From positions 192 to 64,191 of the forward strand of contig CAXUHF010000016.1 in the NCBI GenBank assembly GCA_964250765.1: a stretch of 64,000 nt of DNA, read 5' to 3'. Shown piece by piece: positions 1 to 9,339 of the stretch. Under the pieces are notes generated by a model that saw only the letters and a list, made by a program, of their open reading frames with translations, did no database searches and was not told the origin of the DNA. Source of the DNA: an uncultured Ktedonobacteraceae bacterium. GTDB lineage: Bacteria > Chloroflexota > Ktedonobacteria > Ktedonobacterales > Ktedonobacteraceae. The translations under genes were made by a program, and so were the position numbers. The first letter of the stretch is position 1. Every line of letters begins with the position of its first letter.

Positions 1-265
1 TTTCTTGGGCTTCTGGATGCATTGTTTTGAGCAACTATTGATACGTAGTATATCCAAAAAGCACGACGGTTCGCAAATCGGTTTTTGTTTAAAAAAGGGG
101 GTGATTTGCGAAGACATTTCTCATGTATGTGCCGATAGTAAGAAAGAAAAGAGGCATTCTTTTCTCCGCTTTGACTCCCTTTCGCATGTTTTCTGCTCAG
201 GCAAATTCGATTTGCGAAAGGACTGCATTTCTGCTTCTGTTTCGTGAACGTTGTCCTTCTGAGTG

Positions 266-862
266 TTAGACGACATCATTGCAAAAGCGGCGAAATTCAC
301 ATGTGACACAGCGATATTGTGAAGAAGGTGCAGCTGGCATCCGTTCACTCTCCACATTCTGTCGGATGTGCTGCACGGTTTGCATCACTTTCTTACGTAG
401 ATGCGGCGTAATCGGTATCTGTTCGGCCTGTTTGAGCGGAATAGAATAGAGGTATCCGCGCTTGACTGGAATGCTCCACGCTTCTTCAAGGAGCAGGGCA
501 TACGCGGCGAGTTGGAGAGCAAAATGTGGCCCTGCTTTCTGTTCGGAATATTTGTATTCGACGACGATCCCCTCCGCGTTCTCTGATGCACGGGATGGAG
601 TGGCAATCGCCAAGTCGAGTCGTCCTGTCAAACCAAGCTCTGTTGAACGAAGAGCAAGATGGGAAGTACGTTCTCCTTCACCCACTCCGTAGTTGCGTAG
701 GCTTCGCCGCTCCTCACGTGCGTCTTCTTCTTCGTGGCGAAGAATGCCCTCTGCCATTAATCCTGTAATCGGGCGTATCCGTGGCAGACAATAACGATAG
801 TAGACAATTCGTGGACAGACGACATATTGTTTGAGGTCCGTGACCTCGAAGAGCCAATCCAT
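266..862 (-). CDS. cas4: CRISPR-associated exonuclease Cas4 (RecB-like, DUF83)
   Basis: 198-aa ORF. N-terminal Cys context VVCPRIVYY, E-x-K nuclease motif (VVEYK), QLAAY motif, and a C-terminal Cys cluster CVTCEFRRFC. GAGGAG SD upstream. Lies directly after cas2. Confidence 0.85.
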   Translation of the reverse strand: MDWLFEVTDLKQYVVCPRIVYYRYCLPRIRPITGLMAEGILRHEEEDAREERRSLRNYGVGEGERTSHLALRSTELGLTGRLDLAIATPSRASENAEGIVVEYKYSEQKAGPHFALQLAAYALLLEEAWSIPVKRGYLYSIPLKQAEQIPITPHLRKKVMQTVQHIRQNVESERMPAAPSSQYRCVTCEFRRFCNDVV

Positions 863-868
863 AGGGTA

Positions 869-1129
869 TTACTCCTCTATTTCTTCTGTGCGTTCAATGA
901 CACGACGACCAGACCAGCTTTTTTCGTCAAGGGGGTAAAGTTGTACGCTTGCGGCATGTTTGCCCAAACGACGCTCAATTTTCGACAGCAGTTCGCGTTG
1001 ATGCGTGTTGCTCAGTTCACCAAAGAAGGCACTAAACTGGATACGCTCTAGTCCATAATCCAGACACGCGTCAGCAACCTTTGTTCGTGTTCCATCATGG
1101 GTGATATCATAAATGAGAAGGCAGCGCAT
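869..1129 (-). CDS. cas2: CRISPR-associated endoribonuclease Cas2
   Basis: 86-aa ORF with a Cas2-like N-terminus (MRCLLIYDITHD...). Typical size. Sits between cas1 and cas4. Confidence 0.85.
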   Translation of the reverse strand: MRCLLIYDITHDGTRTKVADACLDYGLERIQFSAFFGELSNTHQRELLSKIERRLGKHAASVQLYPLDEKSWSGRRVIERTEEIEE

Positions 1130-1135
1130 ATCCTG

Positions 1136-2155
1136 TTACCACCCCGCGATAAATGGTTCATATTGTTCACGTTCGCCACGAAGAAAGCTGGCAAGATGAC
1201 GTGCTTGGTTTTGAACAATGAAGCGGAGTGCCTGACGTTTCTTCTCGTACAGTTCAGCACTTTCAAGCCGCTCTTTAATTTTTTCAGCAAGTTTGGTGCG
1301 TGTTGCCTCTTTAAGCCGAGCATCCTCATCCTGCTCAACTGCAAAGTGCTTATTCACCAGACCAATCACGGTACGGTCCACTATGGGTTGACGAAACTCT
1401 TCAACGAAATCGAGGACAAGACTTGGTTTTCCAGGCCGGTCTGCATGGAGGAAGCCACCGTAGGGGTCGAGTCCGGCGAGCGTGAGTGCCTGCTCGACTC
1501 GTCCATACAAGATACCATAGCCATAGTTGAGAAGGGAATTAAAGGGATCCGTGGCACCGCGATGTTCACGTCCAGGCCACTGGATATTTGCTGGAATAAT
1601 GCGCCCAATCGCGGTCCAGTACTTGTGCGCGGCACGCCCCTCGACTGACATGAGTTGTTCGCGGATATCCTCTATACGTGTCGCGTGCAGTTGTGCGACT
1701 TCGTGTAAGGCATCGCGTATCTCAAGTGTGACGAGCGACAGTTCGTCATACAGTGCTGTATCGGTCTCTTTACGGTATTTGGCGATATAGCGCAACAAGT
1801 TCGACTGATTCTCAAGCTTGCCCGCGATCATCGCCTTTGCTGCAATGACACCTCGCTCGCTCTCATATGCCAGAAGTTGTGTACGTCTTGTGAGCACTGT
1901 TCCTGTCAGTCCGGCCGAATAGAGGCTTGCAATCGCCTGCCCACGATTGCTCAAAAAGTAAATGGGAATGCCTTCCTCCGCACACACGCGAACAACGTCA
2001 CTTGAAAGCGCAATGCTATTGTCCACGATAATCACGCGCTCAAGATGGATGAGTGGTACTTCCGTCACCATCTTTTGCTCACGGCTTACACGGAGTCGCC
2101 CTTGATGTTTAGAAAGAAATGTACCGCGCCCCTCGACAATAAGTTCCATAGACAT
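1136..2155 (-). CDS. cas1: CRISPR-associated integrase Cas1
   Basis: The ORF extends to 2323, but AGGAG followed by ATG at 2155 gives 340 aa (MSMELIVEG...). Cas1 motifs NSLLNYGYGILY and GFLHADRPGKPSLVLDFVEEFR are present. Confidence 0.9.
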   Translation of the reverse strand: MSMELIVEGRGTFLSKHQGRLRVSREQKMVTEVPLIHLERVIIVDNSIALSSDVVRVCAEEGIPIYFLSNRGQAIASLYSAGLTGTVLTRRTQLLAYESERGVIAAKAMIAGKLENQSNLLRYIAKYRKETDTALYDELSLVTLEIRDALHEVAQLHATRIEDIREQLMSVEGRAAHKYWTAIGRIIPANIQWPGREHRGATDPFNSLLNYGYGILYGRVEQALTLAGLDPYGGFLHADRPGKPSLVLDFVEEFRQPIVDRTVIGLVNKHFAVEQDEDARLKEATRTKLAEKIKERLESAELYEKKRQALRFIVQNQARHLASFLRGEREQYEPFIAGW

Positions 2156-2241
2156 CTCCTTGTCCGTATGTACTACTGATACTCTTTGTTCTATATAATC
2201 GACAACACCTGCCGTGATTCGTTTTGCCTTTGCACGTATTT

Positions 2242-3228
2242 CTATTGAGTTGGTGCCATCTCGATTTGGTACATTCCTGCTCCCTTCACAATGTTTTTCC
2301 CAACACGTAACAATTCGCCCCATATCAATAACTCATGAAGAGGAGCCATTGAACCTACGAATGAGGCACGTCCCACAATGCCACCGATTGGTATTACTTG
2401 GCGTTGACGTGAGGAATAGCTATGAATATCTACCCATCGGGTTTCGTTTCTTTCAAGACGCGTGTTCTGGGCTTGCCCTTTTATCGAAAGGTACCATTCA
2501 CGCCCAGCATAAAGAGTATTCGTGTCACCATTTCCGTGTTCTTGCTGAACCTGTTCCAAACGCTGAGCCATCCGTAGAGCAAGAACATCGAGACGTGGTT
2601 GTCGTAGTACCTGTGCATTTTGAATGAGACGTGTCGGTGATAAGAAATTGATGGTAAGCGAGTCAGGAGAAAGTTGCTTTGCTCGTTCTCTCACATCATC
2701 ATGAGAGATACCAAGTTGTAGCTTTTCGGGATGTGTTGTTCCTCGTTGCCAAAGACATATTCGTTCCTGTGTGAATGGATGAACAGCGTCTATCTCACTC
2801 ATTTGAAAACGTCCTCGTCTTCCATGCAGTTCCTGTAGGGGATGTCCTAGCGTGTGACGCTCCATTTCCTGGAGTGTACGTATGACATAGGGATACAGTT
2901 TTGCGGCGTTACCGATGAGGGTAAAACTGAACGTGTATGTCTCTCCTGACTCAAATCGTTTTTTCTCGTGATAGGATGGTGTAATAATATAGGGACGCGG
3001 TAGATCATGCCCACGTGGAGCCTCGTCGCGTAAGGGTGCTGCAAGCGAAGAGACTGGACAAGCGGCATTTAATGGACACTCGTAACATGTTTGAGCTTCA
3101 TGATTTGTGCAAAAGCGGCTCCATAAGGCACTGAAGAAAGCCCCACGTAAGGCAGAACCAGCGTAGGTATCGAGTGCAAGCGGAGTTATGGCTTCAAGCG
3201 TAATTTCTAATTGATGGAGAGTGAGCAT
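2242..3228 (-). CDS. cas6: Cas6-family RAMP protein (putative crRNA endoribonuclease)
   Basis: 328 aa. RAMP-like N-terminus (GSALRGAFFSAL) and a C-terminal glycine-rich loop (VGKNIVKGAGMYQIE). Position is between cas3 and cas1. The family call is by eye only. Confidence 0.55.
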   Translation of the reverse strand: MLTLHQLEITLEAITPLALDTYAGSALRGAFFSALWSRFCTNHEAQTCYECPLNAACPVSSLAAPLRDEAPRGHDLPRPYIITPSYHEKKRFESGETYTFSFTLIGNAAKLYPYVIRTLQEMERHTLGHPLQELHGRRGRFQMSEIDAVHPFTQERICLWQRGTTHPEKLQLGISHDDVRERAKQLSPDSLTINFLSPTRLIQNAQVLRQPRLDVLALRMAQRLEQVQQEHGNGDTNTLYAGREWYLSIKGQAQNTRLERNETRWVDIHSYSSRQRQVIPIGGIVGRASFVGSMAPLHELLIWGELLRVGKNIVKGAGMYQIEMAPTQ

Positions 3229-3266
3229 GCATTTCCTCGGATTGATGTATCTTACTACGACGGTAT

Positions 3267-5672
3267 CTATAACTCGTCATTTGGCATCGTAGGAAAGAGG
3301 TCGAAGTTTAGTCCAAGTTCAGGGTAATATTTCAGCCTCACGACCCAACACCTGTCTGATTTTTCTTCCAATTGAGTTGCTATGCCTTTATGTTTCAGAT
3401 ACATGAGTTTTTTGTGACTAATAGGGACGAACAGTTGAGATGCTTCGATGAACTCTTTCTTCTCAATATGTTCAAGGTAACAGAGAAGAAACTGTTCCGG
3501 CAACACCTCGGCACCATCAAACAAGGCTTCAAATTCTGCTTCTTTCTCCTTACTAGAGTTAAATGGACGTAAGTCTCGTAATAGGTACTCTGCTTTTTTA
3601 AATTGAGCGATAAATGTCTGTGTCCACGGATCGCCTATTTCTGGTGCGTCATAAATCGCGTTGAGCCAGATTTCAATCGAGGCTTCGTCTATCTCATCGC
3701 CGTCGTGTCGTTCCAATTCGTCGAGTGTCCGTCGTACAAGGTTTTGAAGATAGACCCCCTGTCCATCACGTGGCTCACGAAATACATGCACTGGAACAAT
3801 TTTTTTTGTGCGAGAGCGGTTGATACGTCCGAAGCGTTGAATGAGTGCATCGAATGGAGCAGGATCACTGTAAATAGTGTCAAGATCGATGTTGAGACTA
3901 ACTTCGACGACTTGCGTAGCGACGACCGCGAGCGACCCATTGCCCGTTCCATTTGCACAACGTTGCTGGATATCAGATTCATGTCGTAAACGGTCTATCA
4001 TCGTAAAGCGGCTATGTACGAGTTTCACTTGCTCAGGGTGCAGTCGCTTCAGGAGTACGGCCCGCATATCCTGTGCGCGTTGAACTGTGTTGCAACAAAC
4101 AAGTACTGATTTTCCTTGGCGAACATCGTTGACAATAGCGTCAATTCCTTGTTCCATCAAGTCTCCGTCTAAGAGCTTGAGTCGGTGGCGACGAAAACGC
4201 TGAAAAAGTGATTGTTCTGCACGAATGATGTGTGTCGTACCCAGAATATCGGGCATGATTTTGCTCAGGAGCGAGGGAAATGTTGCCGACATAATCAGGA
4301 AACGTGCTCCATAGTAGAGCCGCAAGTGTTTTACTAAGGCCAGAATAAGAGCAAGTCGTTCGGCTTCATATGCGTGAATTTCATCGAAGATGAAGGCGGC
4401 CTGTGTATAGTCAGCTAGCATGCCCTCGAAACCTTTTATTTGGAAAGGAACTTTGAGCATCTGGTATGGGCTGAAGACCTTAATTGGATAGGCATGCAAT
4501 TTGTTCAACTGTATCGCCAATCGTGAACCATCTGCCGCCGAAAGTGGGTCTCCATCCGTGCTGAGCAATTGTTGATACAGTGCTTGCAATGCACGTCCGT
4601 GTTGTAGTCCTACTTTGTCTTTACCGAAGTGGGACTCCAGCCGTTTGTGCATCGCGTTCATACTTGCTTGATAGGGGAGGGTATAAAAAACCCTTGGAAC
4701 TGGCGTTGAGCCATCACCCATGACCCAGTAGAGAGCACCCTCGGTTTTGCCACTGCCGGTGGGAGCAATGAGCATAGTTGAGATCGCTTGTTGAGCCGCG
4801 CACTGTTCTTGATGCATATAGGTCTCGACCTCTTCGGCTCTCTGCTGTTCTTTTAGCTTCCGTTCAAGCTCTTGTTTCACTTCATCGGCAAAGTCTTCCC
4901 ATGAGCGTTGTATGCCTTGTGGAAGTTGTGGTAGATGTGCTGATGCGGAATGATCTGCTGTTGTTGTGAGGCCACGCAACATGACGAGCGTTGAGATGAG
5001 TGTCATGTTGCGTTCTCTCTCCAGCTGCTCAATGAAATCTATATAGATTTCTAGCCATGCATTGATACTTTGCGCTCCCTCTGCACACACATTGTGTACG
5101 GCTTGTTCTTCCTGAACCACTGTAATTGGCTGAACACCAAACGCATCTAAACCAAGTGCTGCAATCCAGGAGGTGGAACACGCGTCAAGCCACTGCCAGA
5201 GACCACGTACTGTTCCTTCGTCTAGTTCCGATACCATGCCCTGTACGAGTTCTGGTGATTTGTACTTATCATAGGTCTTGATGATTTCTTCCGCGTCTCT
5301 ATGATGTGACGCAATAGCAGCGACTATCCATTGACGTTCTGTTTCAGAGAACGAGGGTGCAATCCAGTCAAGAAATGCGAGGGAAAGCACCTCATGACGG
5401 CGTTGCCAGCGCACGCCTTTCTCCTTTACCATGCTTTGAAATCCATGTGCCGCTTTTCCAAAGTCATGCAGAAAGCACGCCCAGAAGAGGCAATGCCAGA
5501 GACGAGGTGCATCGAGCAGTGCTGGAAGCTGTGGGCGAAGACGAACAAGATCAGCGAAGCGTTCGAGCACAAATTGTGTGTGTGTAGCAAGGCTCTCTCC
5601 TGTTTGTCCTTCCTCTGCACTGCTCTTTGCCCAGGTTGTCTCTAACCAATCAGGCCAGGGGGAAAGATTCAT
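3267..5672 (-). CDS. cas3: Cas3 HD-nuclease/helicase fusion
   Basis: 801 aa. N-terminal HD domain (FLHDFGKAAHGFQ, SHHRD). Helicase motif I APTGSGKTE and motif II DEIHAYE. Confidence 0.9.
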   Translation of the reverse strand: MNLSPWPDWLETTWAKSSAEEGQTGESLATHTQFVLERFADLVRLRPQLPALLDAPRLWHCLFWACFLHDFGKAAHGFQSMVKEKGVRWQRRHEVLSLAFLDWIAPSFSETERQWIVAAIASHHRDAEEIIKTYDKYKSPELVQGMVSELDEGTVRGLWQWLDACSTSWIAALGLDAFGVQPITVVQEEQAVHNVCAEGAQSINAWLEIYIDFIEQLERERNMTLISTLVMLRGLTTTADHSASAHLPQLPQGIQRSWEDFADEVKQELERKLKEQQRAEEVETYMHQEQCAAQQAISTMLIAPTGSGKTEGALYWVMGDGSTPVPRVFYTLPYQASMNAMHKRLESHFGKDKVGLQHGRALQALYQQLLSTDGDPLSAADGSRLAIQLNKLHAYPIKVFSPYQMLKVPFQIKGFEGMLADYTQAAFIFDEIHAYEAERLALILALVKHLRLYYGARFLIMSATFPSLLSKIMPDILGTTHIIRAEQSLFQRFRRHRLKLLDGDLMEQGIDAIVNDVRQGKSVLVCCNTVQRAQDMRAVLLKRLHPEQVKLVHSRFTMIDRLRHESDIQQRCANGTGNGSLAVVATQVVEVSLNIDLDTIYSDPAPFDALIQRFGRINRSRTKKIVPVHVFREPRDGQGVYLQNLVRRTLDELERHDGDEIDEASIEIWLNAIYDAPEIGDPWTQTFIAQFKKAEYLLRDLRPFNSSKEKEAEFEALFDGAEVLPEQFLLCYLEHIEKKEFIEASQLFVPISHKKLMYLKHKGIATQLEEKSDRCWVVRLKYYPELGLNFDLFPTMPNDEL

Positions 5673-6387
5673 ATTGCTCTCCTAGAAAGGTGTGAAACAT
5701 TAATCCCATATACATCCCTTCGATTTGTGGTGAGGTTGGGTCAATCCAAAAGGTACGCTGCTCATCCAAAGACCAGAAGGTGTTACTTTGTACGCGATTC
5801 TTCAACAGGAGATAGCGAGCAAAGGCTGGTGTGCGTTTGCGTTCGTAATCGAGGTAGCGTGGGAGAAGTTCTGTTACTCCCTGCCCAACCTCTACAGCCA
5901 TCTCATATGGTAACAAAGTATGCTCAAAGTATGCTTGCTCTGCCTGCTGTAACTCGATCTGTTCAAGAGAGGTGTAGGTAAACAAGTCTTGTGAGCGACC
6001 AAGCACGACAGCATAGCGTGGACGACGAAATGCCTCAATCCATTCTGGTTGTGTCAAGTAGAGCGTAAGACGTGGCTGAAAGAGTAATTCACGTTTGAAT
6101 GGTTGGACATTTCCCTGTAATACCTTTGGATAGCTTGTTCCCTCTAACTTCCCTCCCGACTCAGACAAGTAGATGACATGCTCGATATCACTAAAACTGG
6201 CTTGCGCCGTGAAGTGATAGGCAAAGGCAACCGCATCTGGTGGCACAACTTCTCCCAAGGTGCTACAGATGTGCCCGTAAATAGTTGAAGGTGGTGGCAT
6301 ATCGAAGGTTGGCTGAATACCATGCATGAAGTGTGGACGGCGGAAAGATGTGGTTACTCCTTCTGCCACGATTTTCAGAACGCGCAT
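5650..6387 (-). CDS. cas5: Cas5 (Cascade subunit)
   Basis: 245 aa. Cas5-type N-terminus (VTTSFRRPHF...PPPSTIYGHICSTLGE). Lies between cas7 and cas3. Confidence 0.75.
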   Translation of the reverse strand: MRVLKIVAEGVTTSFRRPHFMHGIQPTFDMPPPSTIYGHICSTLGEVVPPDAVAFAYHFTAQASFSDIEHVIYLSESGGKLEGTSYPKVLQGNVQPFKRELLFQPRLTLYLTQPEWIEAFRRPRYAVVLGRSQDLFTYTSLEQIELQQAEQAYFEHTLLPYEMAVEVGQGVTELLPRYLDYERKRTPAFARYLLLKNRVQSNTFWSLDEQRTFWIDPTSPQIEGMYMGLMFHTFLGEQYESFPLA

Positions 6388-6402
6388 TCTTGCTCTCCTT
6401 CT

Positions 6403-7479
6403 TTACTTCAACCAGGAAGCATTTTCTGCCCTTGCAAGGTCTTCGATAAAGGCTCGATAGGCATCACGCGGGTGACGTACAATGACGGGTCGCTGAGTGA
6501 GTGTAGGTATCTCCTGTTCAAATTGCTCACGTTGCTCATCCATATAGCCACGTTTCCATCCGATGTAGAGAGGCGAGAGAATTTCATCGTCCATTGTGGT
6601 GAGGGCCTCATGCAAGACATCACGTTTGATGATTGGTTTTCCATATTTATCGGCACCAACAAGATGTCCAAAGATATGATTGCCTCCGCGTGTGACCGCA
6701 AGGAGACAGAAGGCAGGGGTGACATCGGTATAGTGAATGGCCTGTTTCGCACCGCCTTCGAGGAGTGCCATACTCTCAAAGAGAGCCTGTACACGCTGAA
6801 CGCGTTTCTCAAGAGGAAGTCGATATGCCTTTTCGCTCTCCAGATGCTCTAAGTGCTGTTCTTGTGCTTGCTTTGTGCGAATGTCATCGAGGTTGCGGTA
6901 TCCTGCTCGGTTACGATAGGAAAAGGTACCACATTCATGGAGATCAAGCGAGAACAAGCCTTGGAGCGTTGTGCGATACAACTGATGCTCGAATGGAACG
7001 GGATTCCCCTCGTGTCGTGACATGACTCCAAAATCACTCGTGATATCGACTGGAGCAATAGAGACGAGCGTACTGACACGGAACGGAGAGACGCGTGTGA
7101 CAGTATCAACAACTTCTGTCGCACGATGTGGCGCGTTGCCAGCCGCTTGCTGTTCTTTGGAGAGTTTTTTCGGAGCACGCATGTACCCAAACAAGTCATC
7201 ATCCCACCAGCGAATTGGATTACTATCAGTATACGCAATCTTCTCTTCTCGATACATTGGAGCCGCCTCCCACTCATCTAGCTTCTCGGCTGTGGTGCGT
7301 AACCAGTAGCGATATGCTTGTGCAGAGACATAGGGATAACTTTGACCGACCGTTGAGGTGCCAGTGCGAATGACTTTCACACCGGACGTATTGTCGAGAC
7401 GTTCTCCTGGAATATTGCCGAGATTGTTCAGCGCGGAAGCTGGTGCATCAATAAGTAGCAGTCCTGTAACAAAAGCCAT
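6403..7479 (-). CDS. cas7: Cas7 (Cst2/DevR-like Cascade backbone subunit)
   Basis: 358 aa. N-terminal motif LLIDAPASALNNLG resembles the Csa2/DevR/Cst2 signature. Gene order is cas8-cas7-cas5. Confidence 0.75.
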   Translation of the reverse strand: MAFVTGLLLIDAPASALNNLGNIPGERLDNTSGVKVIRTGTSTVGQSYPYVSAQAYRYWLRTTAEKLDEWEAAPMYREEKIAYTDSNPIRWWDDDLFGYMRAPKKLSKEQQAAGNAPHRATEVVDTVTRVSPFRVSTLVSIAPVDITSDFGVMSRHEGNPVPFEHQLYRTTLQGLFSLDLHECGTFSYRNRAGYRNLDDIRTKQAQEQHLEHLESEKAYRLPLEKRVQRVQALFESMALLEGGAKQAIHYTDVTPAFCLLAVTRGGNHIFGHLVGADKYGKPIIKRDVLHEALTTMDDEILSPLYIGWKRGYMDEQREQFEQEIPTLTQRPVIVRHPRDAYRAFIEDLARAENASWLK

Positions 7480-7512
7480 GAACGTTTTCTCCTCTTTTCT
7501 GTTTTGTGAAAG

Positions 7513-9186
7513 TTATTCTTGTTCGTCATGCGGTGCTTGGGTGTCAAGTGTTCGCTCTTGAGTGAGAACCTGAATATGGTCATTCAATTTCTCTTCATCT
7601 TCGTGCTCGGAGAACCATTCGAGCATGCGAATAAACATAAGATCACGGGCAAGCTTCCAATCAAAACGCAAATCTTCGGGGCCATCCGATGCGAAGAAGA
7701 CAGTACAAAATGAATCGAATGTGAATAATGGCATTTTTCCAGGTGCAGCTGCATTTTTCGCTGCACGGAGCAACTCGTTACGGAACAAATCGCCTCGTGG
7801 TTCCGCATAAAAATTGCGGAAGAATCGATTGTCATTTGTGTTGTTGACGTAGGCCGCGAGTTTGTCACCAAGCTCTTTAATAGCGGCGATACGTTTCTTT
7901 TCCATATACATCACCTCCTGTAAAAATAGGTCAATAAATGACCAGGGAATGATAAGGGTTGCATACTGAAATGTTGTGTTTTCGGAACGTGCTTGTCCAT
8001 CCTCCGAAGCTAGATACAGGTCCGAGACATGCAAAAAGTATCTTCTTACAAATGGAACTGCATTCTGAGGCAAAAGAAAGATATCTTCGTAAAAGTAGTT
8101 GCGTGTACCTTTACGCACTACTACCTGCTCATCTCCCTTGTTTTCTTGCTGTATCCCCTGTTTGTCTTTTGCAGGTTTCAAGCGTTGTTGTCCACGTGCG
8201 ACCAACCTGTTCCAAGTTGTCTTGTATTCTGGAGTAGTTGTTACTTTGTGCAAGAAACGAATGGTACTCATTGGGAGATGATATATTTTGAGTGGTGGAC
8301 TCTTCTCATCAAGCGGTGAAGATTGACCACTATTCGTCAGATGGTATGCGGTGATAGAGTAGTGCTGATCTCTCCTTCGCCTTTCTATATGAGCTTGTTG
8401 AATACGTGTCTGTTTTTGATCAAGTGTGATAACAGACTCAATGATGAGCGATGGGGCCGATGGCGAGGCATCCGGCATTTTTGTCTGATCTGTTGCTCCA
8501 ACCAGAGTGAGTGCAGCTATATTTTCGTGCCACGATTTGTGTGCGGCAGCTTGAAGAATATCTGGATTATCAGAGTGGATTGCAAGCAGCCGTCCTGCAC
8601 ATTTACGGCAGCCCATTGGAAAGATTTGCAAGCATAAGAGTGCTTCACCTGACACTGGAAGACCAGGATCACCCCAAGGCGAAAAATTGATAATATCCTC
8701 ACCTGTGATGAGAGGAATGTGCTGACGATACGCACGCCCCGGCGGAAGTACCTCTCGCCCATCCTTATCTTGTTTCAATGAAAGTGCAAGTCCTAATGCA
8801 GGCTTTCCAGTGAAAACACATAGCTCATCACTTAATGCAACATCATCACCAAAACTTCGTGCGACGCGTTGTGCATATTCACGTCTACGTGAAGGATTAT
8901 CCTTGAATGCAGGTTGCGTGAAATCTGAGTTCATTAAGGACGTCGTCAGAAACGAGGTAAGTGGCTGCTTTGTATAATTCTCTTTGATAAAGGTAGCAGC
9001 TTTAATGAGGTCGTCTACTGTAAGTTCAGCAGGATATGCCTTTTCAGCACATGCCACGATAGTAGCAAGGCCAACATCGAAGAGTGGATGGCCTGTGTAA
9101 TCTAAATCAAGCACTTCAAATCCCCTTGTGAACCAGAAACTACTCGGTTTCGAGAACTGCACGTAGTATAGCAGAGTAGAGTGCAA
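7513..9186 (-). CDS. Cas8b-like large Cascade subunit
   Basis: First gene of the cas operon and of large-subunit size. The N-terminal LDLDYTGHPLFDVGLATI resembles Cas8b/Cst1 N-termini. The ORF opens at TTG 9186. GTG at 9114 preceded by AAGGGGA is a more plausible start. Confidence 0.6.
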   Translation of the reverse strand: MHSTLLYYVQFSKPSSFWFTRGFEVLDLDYTGHPLFDVGLATIVACAEKAYPAELTVDDLIKAATFIKENYTKQPLTSFLTTSLMNSDFTQPAFKDNPSRRREYAQRVARSFGDDVALSDELCVFTGKPALGLALSLKQDKDGREVLPPGRAYRQHIPLITGEDIINFSPWGDPGLPVSGEALLCLQIFPMGCRKCAGRLLAIHSDNPDILQAAAHKSWHENIAALTLVGATDQTKMPDASPSAPSLIIESVITLDQKQTRIQQAHIERRRRDQHYSITAYHLTNSGQSSPLDEKSPPLKIYHLPMSTIRFLHKVTTTPEYKTTWNRLVARGQQRLKPAKDKQGIQQENKGDEQVVVRKGTRNYFYEDIFLLPQNAVPFVRRYFLHVSDLYLASEDGQARSENTTFQYATLIIPWSFIDLFLQEVMYMEKKRIAAIKELGDKLAAYVNNTNDNRFFRNFYAEPRGDLFRNELLRAAKNAAAPGKMPLFTFDSFCTVFFASDGPEDLRFDWKLARDLMFIRMLEWFSEHEDEEKLNDHIQVLTQERTLDTQAPHDEQE

Positions 9187-9339
9187 AATATATGCGTTTT
9201 ACATGGATTACAAGATTTTCTAAAAACTGCACACTAATACAGAGGACTCTGAAAAATACAGACAAGATAATCATTGTGCTTACTGTTCTTTAATCCATAG
9301 AGGATATTGGTATGTGAACTTGTACCTACTCAATAAAAC

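Noticed and set aside
5-357. Track ORFs 5..247 (+) and 121..357 (-) downstream of cas4
   Set aside because: They are short and mutually overlapping, with no SD or family signal. The region is more plausibly a non-coding leader or terminator flank.
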